This document shows, in pieces, positions 28,481 to 39,900 of a stretch of 64,000 nt of DNA. Each line of letters opens with the position of its first letter. The stretch's first letter is position 1. A program made the translations under genes and the position numbers. This stretch comes from a virus (lineage: Duplodnaviria > Caudoviricetes). The notes under the pieces are model-generated. The model ran no database searches. It was not told the origin of the DNA and worked only from the letters and a program-made list of their open reading frames with translations. The DNA is taken from the IMG/VR virus record IMGVR_UViG_3300012344_000011, positions 1-64,000 of that record. One strand, 5' to 3'.

Positions 28481-31400
28481 ATGGCGAGTTCTAAATATGT
28501 TGACTCTTCCGCAATTGTTCAAGTCATAGGCTGCACTATGAAAGATCCAAGTCTATTGGAAGATGACAGATATTTTTATAATGAAGCAGATTTTGCGAAT
28601 AATTTTCACCGAGTTGTCTTTGGCGCAATAAATAATCTTTATACGATGGGTGCAAAAAAAGTTTCTTGCGCTGACATTGAAGCATATTTTGAAAATAGAC
28701 CTGAAAGTAAAGCTGTTTATTCTGCGGGAAAAGGTAGCGCCTGGCTAACAGAAGCAACATCAAATGCAGACTTGAATAATTTTGATTATTATTATAGTCG
28801 AATGAAAAAGATGACACTTCTAAGAGAGTATGAGTCTTGTGGATTAGATATGTCATTTTTATATAATCCTGATGAACTTTATGATTCTAAAAAGAAGAAA
28901 AGACAAGAAGATTATCTTGATAGTTTGTCATTGAATGAAATTGCAGATCTAATTGATAACAAAATTTTTGATATTAGAGCAAAATGCATAGACAATGCAA
29001 CCGATGAAGCAGCTAATGCTGGTGAAGGAATTTTTGATCTATTACAAAGATTAGAAGAAAATCCAGATGTTGGTACTGGATTATATGATAAATTGACAAA
29101 TACTGTTACCAGAGGAGCAAGATTAGGAAAATTCTATATTAGAAGCGCGCCTACAGGAGTCGGTATTTTGGGTATTTTTGTATAAATATTATATTATTAT
29201 TTTTATAGCTTCTTAGAGAACAAAATAAAGGAGGTTATAAAATAAATGGGAAAATCAAAAGAATATAAAGAAAAATATGAGATAGCAAAAAAAGAGTATC
29301 TAAAAGGTTGTGAAAGTCTTACTTCAATTTGCAAAAAATTTAAAATTGATAGAGGAACTTTTTCTTCAAACTTAAAATCTGATGGAATAGAAATTGTAAA
29401 TAAACAAAATATTGCCAAATTTAATGAAGAAATTTTTGAGGTTATAGACACTGAAGAAAAAGCTTATTGATTAGGATTTTTATATGCAGATGGATATGTT
29501 GAGTCTGGCAATCGGAATGCTATTGAGCTATCACTTAAATCTTCCGACATAGAACATTTAAGAAAATTTTCATCTTTTTTGGGTTTTGATGATAACAAAC
29601 ATATTTTTCAAGATGAAGTAAGATGTAGATTTTATTTTAGAAATAAAAAAGTTAAAAACAGACTAATTAGTCTTGGATGCGTTCCACAAAAAAGTTTAAT
29701 TTTAAAATTCCCGTCGGAAGAACAGGTTCCAAGAGAATTGATTAGACACTTTATTAGAGGATACGTAGATGGAGATGGAAGTCTAATGCTAGGAAAAAAT
29801 CATCTTGGAGAATATGTAAAACCAAGATTCAATATTCTTGGAACAGAAAATTTTTTAGAGGGAATTTTAGATGTAACTGGATGAAGAAAGCTTAAAATAC
29901 AGCATCCATCAAATGCATATTGCATAGAATGAAGTGGATTTTATGTTAAAGATTATCTTGATTTTCTTTATAAAGATTCAACTATTTACTTAGATAGAAA
30001 ATATAATAAATATTTAAAAATAACGAATATATTTGCCGACTATAAATCGCGGAACTAAGCGGGAAAACTAAGTCTATTTTTATAGATATGTCAATCCGAA
30101 CCGAAGGCTTGCAGTAATATACAAGTCAGGGGCAGAGCATAGGTGATGAAACTATTTTATAGAACATAATTCACCCAAGAGGCCGCGACTCCTATTGCTT
30201 TATAGGAAGAAAAGATATGCCGAGCTTATAAGAAATTATAAGAAATAAAAGATAAAAAACTTTTATGATAACAAAACTGAAAAGTAGAACAATGATTGCA
30301 GATGCAGCTACAATTGCATATAATAAAATATATGTGAATGGACAATGGCAAGATAATGGTATTTCACAACCAGTTCTTCTTATTAGTACAGAAATGGAAT
30401 TAGAAGAAGTACAAACAATGTTGTTAGCTTTCGTAGCAAATGTTGATGAAGATCATATAAAGAAGAATAGGTATGATTTTAATGAAAAAGAACGTGTTAT
30501 GGAAGCCGCACAAATTATTTCTAGTCAACCTCTTTATGTAGAAGTAATTCCAGATTTTAGTCTAAAAGATATTGAGAATACTATTAAAAGAAGTATTAGA
30601 ATTCATGGAGTAAAGTATGTGTTCAACAAAAAGGACTGTGGAACACTTTTCCTGCTCATCACAGGGGTATATATAAATAATAACACATATTATATATGCT
30701 AACGGGGAAGCCTAAACTTTATAATAAGCATGGTAATCCCGTGGGAAACTATTTAGCTATATACTAAATAGAACCTGTAACGACTATCTCCGAATCGGGA
30801 GAGTAGGGCTACTATTGATACGTAACTCGAAAAGGTGTCCTTTCTATTTTTAATAGAAAGTAAGATATAGTCTTGCATTATAGAAATATAATGATAACAG
30901 CTTCGATTATATTCATACATCTATGAAAATTCTTGAAGAGATAACAAGACGCTCAGGTGGTATCAAGTTAAGAGAAGATAATATTTTATTCTTGTTGTCT
31001 GTCAAACTAAAAGATATATGCACTCAATTTAATATATTTATTCTCACTTCAACACAATTAAATGGTAAGAAAAAGTAATTGCCAATAACTCCTTATCCTG
31101 TGTCTCGCAGGGGTAAATTATTTGGATAAAACTGAATAGTTTGCTAACGGGGAATTCTAAGTTATATTGAATATAGAATGGAAATATAATATGAAAATCC
31201 CGTGCGATGCAATTCATTGGAGGCTGGCTATGATAGGAATTTATAAAATTGAAAACTTGGTTAATCATAAAGTGTATATTGGGCAAAGTGTCGATATAAA
31301 AAAAAGATATAAAGAACATCTCAGAAGGGGGCAACCAAAGAAATATTCTTTAAAATCTGAGAGAGATAGAAAATGCCCTATACATTTAGCTATGCAAAAA

Positions 31401-32445
31401 GTATGGCGTTGAAAATTTTGAGCTAACCGTTTTACAAGAATGTAAAAAAGAAGAAATGGACAATCTAGAGAGATATTATATAAAAAAATATAAAAGTCTA
31501 GATAGAAATTTTGGATATAATGTTTCTCCTGGTGGACAAAATTATATTGGCGGCGTAGGAGAAAAACATTCTCAAGCAAAACTAACTCAAAAAGATGTTT
31601 GAGATATAAAGAAAAAATTAAAAATGGAATGACCACCAAAGAAATATCTGAAGATTATCCTTTTATTAGTAAAAGTACTATTAGTATGATTAATAATGGG
31701 CATATCTGAAAAGAAGATGGTGAATTATATCCAATTTTTGTTCAGAAGTCTGGTGCTTTTGGTCAAAATAATGGCAATTCAAAAGTTAATGACCAAGAAG
31801 TTATGGAAATCAGACAAGATTATGTTAATAAAAGTTTTTCAGATGTTTTAAGAGATTATCCTCAATATAGTAAAAGTTTAATTAGAAGCATTGTATATGG
31901 AGAATCTTGGAAACATCTTCCTATCTATAAGAAGTCATCAAAACAATGGATTGAGCCGTGTATCGACTATTCCCAAAGTCTGGAACAAGCTGGGAAGTAG
32001 GGGTGCTAGTGAGAAGCACCAGCATTTTAGGAAACGAAGTGCTATAAACCGAAACAGGAGTTCTCGTTCATATAACGAGTAAGATATAGTCAGTTCTTAT
32101 AAGAAATTATAAGAGTAAACGGATTGGAAAATGGATTCTATTCCAGATCAAAATTTACTTAGAGGTGCAAAAAGTATTGCAGATAAATGTGACTGGGGTT
32201 CAATTCTTCTAAACGCAACAAGTGAAGATATTGAGAATGTCAGTCCAATAGCAAGTCAATTGAATTGTAAAGTGCCAAATATGAAATTATCAATTTATAA
32301 AAATCGTGGTGGTAAATATACAAATATGTATCTTTGGATGTATGCAGATAAGAGTACGTGTAGGTATGACTCGATTTTTGCAACAGATTATCAATATAAT
32401 TGGATAAATATCAAACAAACTGAGATTATAACGGAGGTGGATTAA
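28481..32445 (+). CDS. dnaB: Replicative DnaB-like helicase, 505 aa; join(28481..29164,30280..30623,30901..31066,32122..32445)
   Basis: Splicing restores SAPTGVG|KSR (Walker A), ISTEM, YVF|FDYI (Walker B), STQLNG|DW, LRGAKSIADK, YKNRGG. Confidence 0.9.
29165..30279 (+). mobile_element. Group I intron dnaB-I1 with LAGLIDADG HEG (29246-30058) in the P1 loop
   Basis: IGS gccgact (~30035) pairs with exon agtcggt; EKAY(TGA)LGFLYADG and FIRGYVDGDG motifs; terminal G. Confidence 0.9.
30624..30900 (+). mobile_element. Group I intron dnaB-I2, ORF-less (277 nt)
   Basis: gctaacggggaa, aatcccgtg, gactat/atagtc, terminal G; removal restores frame. Confidence 0.9.
31067..32121 (+). mobile_element. Group I intron dnaB-I3 with GIY-YIG HEG (31230-32000, frameshifted)
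   Basis: IGS gcca; core motifs; GIYKIENLVNHKVYIGQS. Confidence 0.9.
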
Positions 32446-33519
32446 TTGTCTTTTGATAAAGATTTAGTCAAGCAACAACTTGATATTGAAGATATTAGTG
32501 CGCTTCTTGAAGAACTTGGTGGTGAACCAGAAATATATGATGATAAAATTGTTTCTAAAACAATCTGTCATGATGGTAACAGCCGCAAGCTATATTATTA
32601 TGATAATACTCAGTTGTTTCACTGCTGGACTCATTGCGGCGATTCATTTGATATTTTTGATTTAGTAAGTAAAGTCAAAGATATAGACCTAAATACTTCT
32701 GTTTATTTTGTAGTAAATTTCTTCAATCTTCAACATAAAATAGATGAAGTAGAAGATGAAAATTTGACAGAAGATTGGAAGCTATTCAAGAAATATCAAA
32801 ATATAAAAGATATAGCTATTGTAAATAATAAAATTGAATTGCCAGAGATTGATCCTTCTCTAATTGAGAATTATCCTCAACCAAGATATTCTAATTGGGA
32901 AGAAGAATATATCTCAAAAGAAATTTGTGATTATATGAACATTAGATATAATCCTATCTCTGGTGGTATTCTGATTCCTCACTATGATGAAAATAATAGA
33001 ATAGTTGGTATCAGAGAAAGAACATTGGTCCAAGAGAATGAGAAGTATGGTAAATATAGACCTATAAAAATCGCGGGCAAGCTCCGCAATCATCCTTTAG
33101 GCTTCAATCTTTATGGATTGAATAAAGCTAAAGAAAGAATTAGTGAACTTGGTGTTGCTATGGTTTTTGAAAGTGAAAAAGCAGTACTTCAAACTATGTC
33201 ATATTTAGGAACTAAAAACAATATTGCGGTCGGTATGTGCGGCAGCTCGTTATCTAACTATCAATTCCATCTTCTCTTGGATGCTGGCGCAAAAGAAATT
33301 TGCATTGGCGTTGATAGAGACTTCAAAGAACTGTATGACGATGAATATTTCAAGGTACTAAAGAAAATGGAAAAAATGTATCAAAAATATTCTCCTTCGT
33401 GCAATATAAGTTTTATGTTTGATACTAAAGGATTGACTGGGTATAAAATGTCTCCAACTGACTGCGGAAAAAATATCTTTATGGACTTATGGCGAGAGAG
33501 GTTGATTCCAAATGGCTAA
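32446..33519 (+). CDS. DNA primase (Zn-binding + Toprim)
   Basis: CH...FHCWTHCG; IPHYD...GIRER; NLYGLN; FESEK; GVDRD. Confidence 0.85.
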   Translation: MSFDKDLVKQQLDIEDISALLEELGGEPEIYDDKIVSKTICHDGNSRKLYYYDNTQLFHCWTHCGDSFDIFDLVSKVKDIDLNTSVYFVVNFFNLQHKIDEVEDENLTEDWKLFKKYQNIKDIAIVNNKIELPEIDPSLIENYPQPRYSNWEEEYISKEICDYMNIRYNPISGGILIPHYDENNRIVGIRERTLVQENEKYGKYRPIKIAGKLRNHPLGFNLYGLNKAKERISELGVAMVFESEKAVLQTMSYLGTKNNIAVGMCGSSLSNYQFHLLLDAGAKEICIGVDRDFKELYDDEYFKVLKKMEKMYQKYSPSCNISFMFDTKGLTGYKMSPTDCGKNIFMDLWRERLIPNG

Positions 33520-33862
33520 CGTTTTATCTGCGCAAGAAGCAGTAAATATCTTATGTAATTATTTCTTAGGAGAAGATTGGTATATAGTTGATCCAGTGCG
33601 TAATGATCAAGCAAATGCAATTATTGTTGAAGAAATTAAGAATACTGTTCCGTCAAAATATAATAAAGATAAATTTTTATTATATAGAAAAAGCACCCTC
33701 GGTGCAAATATTGTAAATATTATAAGATAATTGAGGCTCCTAATAAAACTATTCTAAGATGTAGTTTAAAAGATATTTTTATTTCTAAAGTATGGTTTGA
33801 AGGAAGATTTTGTAAATGGTACGTGCCAAAGAATAGAGAGAAAAACAGCAATGAAATATAAA
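33512..33862 (+). CDS. Hypothetical protein, probably one gene with a 1-nt A-run indel near 33690
   Basis: Alternate frame continues KKHPRCKYCKYYK...RFCKWYVPK. Confidence 0.45.
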
Positions 33863-35587
33863 TTATATACTACTGAATCATATAAATCTCCAATAGAGCA
33901 AGTATTAAAAGGTAGAAAAATTGATAATATTGAAAAATGGCTAAACGCAAATGAAGAAGATATTGAATCTTGGAGAGCATTAAAGAATATCGAAAAAGGT
34001 GTTTACAAAATGAAAGAGGTGATTGACAATGGAGATGATGCAACAGTTATTGTCGATTGTGATGTTGATGGATTCACTTCAGCGGCAATACTCTTCAATT
34101 ATTTGTATAGTTTGTATCCTTCTTGGTGCTGCGATCACCTTGGTTACCTACTTCACAAAGGGAAAGAACACGGACTTTCTGACTTGATTGAAGAGATTCC
34201 TGGAGGGACAAGACTAATTATTTGTCCAGACAGTGCTAGCAATGATTATGAGCAGCACGAATTTTTTGCTGGCAAGGCAGACATACTAATTCTTGATCAT
34301 CACGAAGCACCGCACGAATCAGAATCAAAGAATACTATTACAATCAATAATCAACTTTGTGATTATAAGAATAAAATGTTAAGTGGCGGTGGTGTTACTT
34401 GGCAATTCTGTAGAGCTTATAATGAAATTTTTGATTTACAAGGTGAAATAGATAATGATCTTTGTGCCCTCTCGTTAAGTGGTGATATGATGAGTTATCG
34501 CTCTATAGAAACAAAAGCTCTAGTTGATATTGGTTTTTCAAATATTACAAACCCTTTTTTCCATCAAATGACTTTAGATAATGAATATACCTTGAATAAG
34601 TATGGCGGTATAGGTTATAAGGCAGTAGCTTTCGCAGTAGTTCCTTTCATCAATGCAACAATTCGTTCTGGCACACAAGAAGAAAAAGAGTTGGTTTTCA
34701 AAGCAATGTGTAAACAATATTGTTTTGAAAATGTTCCTAATACCAAGAGAGGACATAAAGGAGAAGAGTGGTCACTTTATAAGCAAGCCGCATATGTAAC
34801 TGCAAGTGCTAAACGTAGACAAACAAATCTTGAAACGCAAGGTATAGAGCTATTAGAGAAGAAAATTGTTTCTGACAACCTATTGGACAATGCAGTTTTG
34901 ATCTTTAAATGTGAACCAGGAGAAGTTGAACCAAATATTCGAGGATTAGTAGCAAATAAATTTGCTTCTAAATATCAGCGTCCTTGTTTAGTGCTTACCA
35001 AGAGTAAGAGTAAAGATAATCAAGAATATTCTTATAGAGGTAGTTTGCGGAACTATGGTCAATCTGAAATTGAAAATCTAAAACAAATTTTTGAGGATAC
35101 TGGTTTGACAGAGTATGTTCAAGGACATGAGTCTGCGGCTGGTATTGGTATTGCAGAAAGTAATTTACAAAATTTTATCAATGTTACAAATGATTTACTA
35201 AAAGATAAGGTTGGAGAAGTTGTCTTTTGGGTTGATTATATTTGGAAGATGAATCAAGCAGATCCAAATAAACTTTTACAATTGGCAGAAATGAGTTCAT
35301 TTTGGGGACAAGATGTTCCCGCAAGCCAAGTTGCAATTACAGATATAGATTTATCTCAATGTAGATTGTCATTATGCGGGCAGAAGAACAATACTTTGAG
35401 AATGGTTCTTCCTAATGGACTCGTGTTAGTAAAATTTGGAATTGATGAAGAGATCTTTGATAGTCTGACTGGTCCAAATCTTTTTATGTCGTGTATTGTT
35501 ACGCCAACCCGCAATGAATGAATGGGAAAAGTTTCAGGAGAAGGTCTAATTGATGATTTTGAAATAAAAACTAAGTGGATATTCTAA
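33851..35587 (+). CDS. recJ: RecJ-like DHH ssDNA exonuclease (TGA at 35519 read as Trp)
   Basis: DCDVDG, HGL, ILDHH, GS.R, GHESAAG; C-terminus RNE(TGA)MGKVS matches RecJ NEW.G. Confidence 0.9.
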
Positions 35588-35597
35588 GGAGAATAAT

Positions 35598-36125
35598 ATG
35601 CCTCTAAATATAGGTTATCTAAAAGCTAAGACCGATAAAGCTAGTGACGAAGTATTTACTCCTAAGTATGCAGTGTTGCCATTAGTGAAGTATATTCCTA
35701 ATGGTAGCACTATTTGGTGTCCTTTTGATACATTAGAAAGTGAATATGTAAAAGTTTTTATTAAAAATGGGCATAAAGTAATTCATAGTCATATTGATGA
35801 AGGGAAGAATTTCTTTGAATATGAACCTGAAGAATATGACGTAATTATTTCTAATCCTCCTTTTAGTATAAAAGATGATGTAATCAAACATTTGTACGAA
35901 TTAGACAAACCTTATGCAATGCTTTTACCAATTCCAACTTTACAAGGCCAAAAAAGATTTGAATATATGAAAGATGGTTTACAAATTTTATCTTTCAATA
36001 AAAGAATAAATTTTTATACGGATTCTTCTAGGAAAGAAGTACAAAAAGGCGTTTCTTTTGGATGTGCTTATTTTTGTAAAAATTTTCTTCCTAAAGATTT
36101 AATTTTAGAAGAATTAGAAGATTAA
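35598..36125 (+). CDS. Small amino (N6-adenine-type) DNA methyltransferase
   Basis: DE.FTP, IWCPFD, SNPPF, RINF. Confidence 0.8.
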   Translation: MPLNIGYLKAKTDKASDEVFTPKYAVLPLVKYIPNGSTIWCPFDTLESEYVKVFIKNGHKVIHSHIDEGKNFFEYEPEEYDVIISNPPFSIKDDVIKHLYELDKPYAMLLPIPTLQGQKRFEYMKDGLQILSFNKRINFYTDSSRKEVQKGVSFGCAYFCKNFLPKDLILEELED

Positions 36126-36137
36126 AAGGTTATAAAT

Positions 36138-36839
36138 ATGATATATAGAAACGAATCTTGCTTTACTTTTTTACCAACAATTAAAAGTAAAACAATAGAT
36201 TTGATTATTACAGACCCTCCTTATGAAATTTCAAAAATAACTAATTTTCAAAATGGAGAAGAGACTGGAAAAGATACAGACAGGTTTAGAATCTCTATGG
36301 ACTTTGGCGATTGAGATAATAATTTTAGTGGATTTGATATTGTTATCAAAGAATGTTATAGAATTTTGAAAGACGGAGGAACTCTAATTTGTTTTTATGA
36401 TTTGTGAAAAATTACTGTCCTAAAAGAATATTTTGAAAATGCTAAATTCAAACAAATTCGTTTTATTGAATGGCTAAAAACAAATCCTGTTCCTATCAAT
36501 TCAAAAATCAATTATCTAACCAATGCTAGAGAAGTTGCTGTTCTTGGAATAAAAAAATCTAAGCCAACATTTAACAGTAGTTATGATAAAGGGATCTATG
36601 AGTCTCCAATTTGTCACGACAAAGGAAGGTTTCACCCTACCCAAAAGCCAGTTGAATTGATTGAAGCCTTAATCGTTAAGCATTCAAATGAAAAAGATGT
36701 TGTGTTAGATTGTTTTAGTGGAAGTGAAACTACTGGTGTTGCCGCTCTAAAACAAAACAGAGATTTCATTGGGTGTGAAATTTCTAAGAAATACTATAAT
36801 AAATCATTAGAGAGATTGAATGAACAACTGTCAATGTAA
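36138..36839 (+). CDS. N4/N6 DNA methyltransferase, beta class (TGA at 36312, 36405)
   Basis: IITDPPY, DFGD(TGA)D, HPTQKP, VLDCFSGSETT (motif I variant), GCEI. Confidence 0.85.
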
Positions 36840-36923
36840 TATATTTTATATTGACAGTTTTATTTTTTTATATTATAATATTATTATAAAATGAGAAACT
36901 AGTAAATGAAAGGATAGATTTTA

Positions 36924-39900
36924 ATGAAGAGTTACTCCCGCTTCGAGTGCCATCTGCACACAATGTATAGTAATCTTCGTTTGCTCGACAGTATTAATCG
37001 TCCAAAAGAACTAGTAGAAAGGGCAATTGAACTTGGTCTTGCGGGAATCGCTATTACAGATCATGAATCATTATCATCGCATGTTGAGATAGATCGATTG
37101 ATGAGTCAATACGCAGAGTCTAATCCAGATTTTAAGATTGCAAGAGGTAATGAAATTTATCTGACTGATACAAGAGAAGTCGGTCAAAAATATTGGCACT
37201 TTATTCTAATTGCAAAAGATGCAATTGGTCATAAGATGTTAAGAGAATTATCATCAAATTCTTGGATTAATAGTTATTATGACAGAGGTATGGAAAGAGT
37301 TCCAACTTTAAAAACTGAACTTGCGGCAATTGTAGAAAAATATGGACAAGGACATCTTATTGGATCTACTGCTTGTTTAGGGTCGGAGATTGACAATTAT
37401 ATTTTAGAGCTAAACAATGCACGAATTGTTGGTGATAAACGGACAGAGCAAATTGCTTATCAAAATATTCTAGATTTTGTTCAATTTGGAAAAAGAATTT
37501 TCAAAGATGATTTTTATCTTGAGGTTCAACCAGCTAGATCAAAAGATCAATTAATTGTAAACAATATGATGGGTGGAATTGGAAAAGCAACTAATACTAA
37601 ACTTATTGTTACAACAGATGCGCATTATTTAAAAAAAGAAGATCGATGGGTTCATAAAGCTTTCCTAAATTCTAAATCTGGTGATAGAGAAGTTGATAGT
37701 TTTTATGAATATACATATTTACAATCAACAGAAGAGGTTATTGAGAATCTAAAAGGAACGAATCTTGATTATTATGAACTTGAAGCAAACACTATAGAAA
37801 TTTATAATAAAATTGAAAATTATAGTTTGTTAAGAAATCAGCACGTCCCGCAAATTCCTGTAAAAGAATATCCAAAAGTTGATTATAATAGTAAGTATGA
37901 AACTTTGAACTATTTGTATAATAGTGATAATGTCCAAGAAAGATATTGGGTTAATCAATGTATAGATAGAATGAAAGAACTTGATATTTATAATGATGAA
38001 TATCTTGAAAGATTAGAGTATGAAGCAGATATTAAGAAGCATGTCGGCGAAAGACTTGGAAGCTGTATTTTTTCTTATCCTATCTTCCTTCAACACTACA
38101 TTGATTTATTCTGGGAGTGCGGCAGTCCTACTGGGTGTGGTCGTGGTTCGAGCGGAGCTGGTCTTAATCATTATTTGTTGGGTGTTTCGCAAACAAATCC
38201 TGTAGAGTCTAGATCGCCTTTTTGGAGATACATGAATAAAGAACGTGTTGAATTGCCTAAACGATAAATATTGGGCAATTAAAAGCAGGTGAACCATTTC
38301 TCGTGGGTGTCGCAATTATGCGGCTAACGGGGGAAGCTAAAGCCAATTAGGTATGCCAATCCCGTGCTAAGTCTATTCTATATAAATATAAAAATAATTA
38401 TAAAATTAGATGTAAGAAAAGAGTATTCTAATGGAAAAAAGAATCAAAGATTTTTCTGATTATGCAATTACAGACAGTGGCAAAGTTATTAGTTATAAAT
38501 ATAAAACCCCAAAAGTTTTATCTACGTGATGTCAAAAAGCTGGATATGAAAATATTAAGCTGTCAAAAAATAATGAAACATATCATTTTTTAGTGCATAG
38601 ACTTGTTGCAGAAGCTTTTATTCCAAACCCAGAAAATCTTCCAGAGGTAAATCATAAAGATAATAACCCTAAAAATAATTGCATAGAAAATTTAGAGTGG
38701 TGTACTAGAAAATATAACTTAGATTTAAGTTATAAAACAATGTCTCCAACAAGAAATTACGTGGAAGTTTATCTGATAAGAGAAGATACAGAAGAGATAA
38801 TCAAAAGATTCAAAACAATTAAAAGTGCAGCAGAATATGCCAATAAAAATTTTAACTGTAGTGTTAGTGGAATGATAAGAAATTATCGTTCTAATGGATA
38901 TAGAATAGAAAAGTGTAACGACTAAATAAAGAACAGATGTTTTTTGAGAGAAGTAGAGATGAGAACTACTTCGTAGTGCCTGCCGCTATAAGCGATGATA
39001 TAGTCTAATCCCCTAAGAAATATCGGAAAACCGAGGGTGTAAATGGATATCGACCTTGATCTAGCTCCATCTAAGCGAGAGCTAATTTTTGAAAAGATTA
39101 GGGAAGAGCGTGGTGAGCTTGGTTGTATTCAAGTTTGTACTTTTGGAACAGCTTCAACAAAAAGTGCAATTCAAATTGCGTGTAGAGGATATAGAACAGA
39201 AGAATATAAAGATGGAATTGATAATGATACAAGTTTATACATTAGTTCACTTGTTCCATCTGAGCGTGGTTTTTTGTGGTCAATAAATGATGTAGTACAC
39301 GGAAACGAAGAAAAAGGGCGTAAACCAAATAAGACATTTATCAATGCTGTGAACCAATATCCAGGTTTGTTGGAAATCATCATTGGTATTGAAGGATTGG
39401 TTGTTTCTCGTGGTATTCATGCATCTGGTGTTGTTTTTTATGACGAAGATCCATTTGAAACGGCTTGTTTTATGAAAGCTACAAATGGTTCTATCATAAC
39501 GCAGTATTCGTTGCATGATGCAGAAGCTTGTGGTAAATAGTATTGCCACTAAACATCTAATCGTTTATCAGCGATGTGTTGTAGGCATCTCGATATTATA
39601 AACGAGAGTAAGTAAAAAATACCTACAATGCACCAGGGAAGCCTAAACCTTTATAAGGCACGGTAATCCTGGGCTAAAGTAAGTAATTTATATCTTTTCT
39701 AAACATTAAGAATAAAAAGGATAAAATAATGTATGTATATCTAATAACTAACAAGGTCAATAACAAAAAGTATGTAGGAATAACAAATAACTATAAGAAA
39801 AGATGAGCAAATCATAAAAGCAATAATAATCCTAGTATGGCTATAGCCAAAGCAATAAAAAAATATGGAGTAAAAAATTTTACGTTTGAAATTGTTGAAG

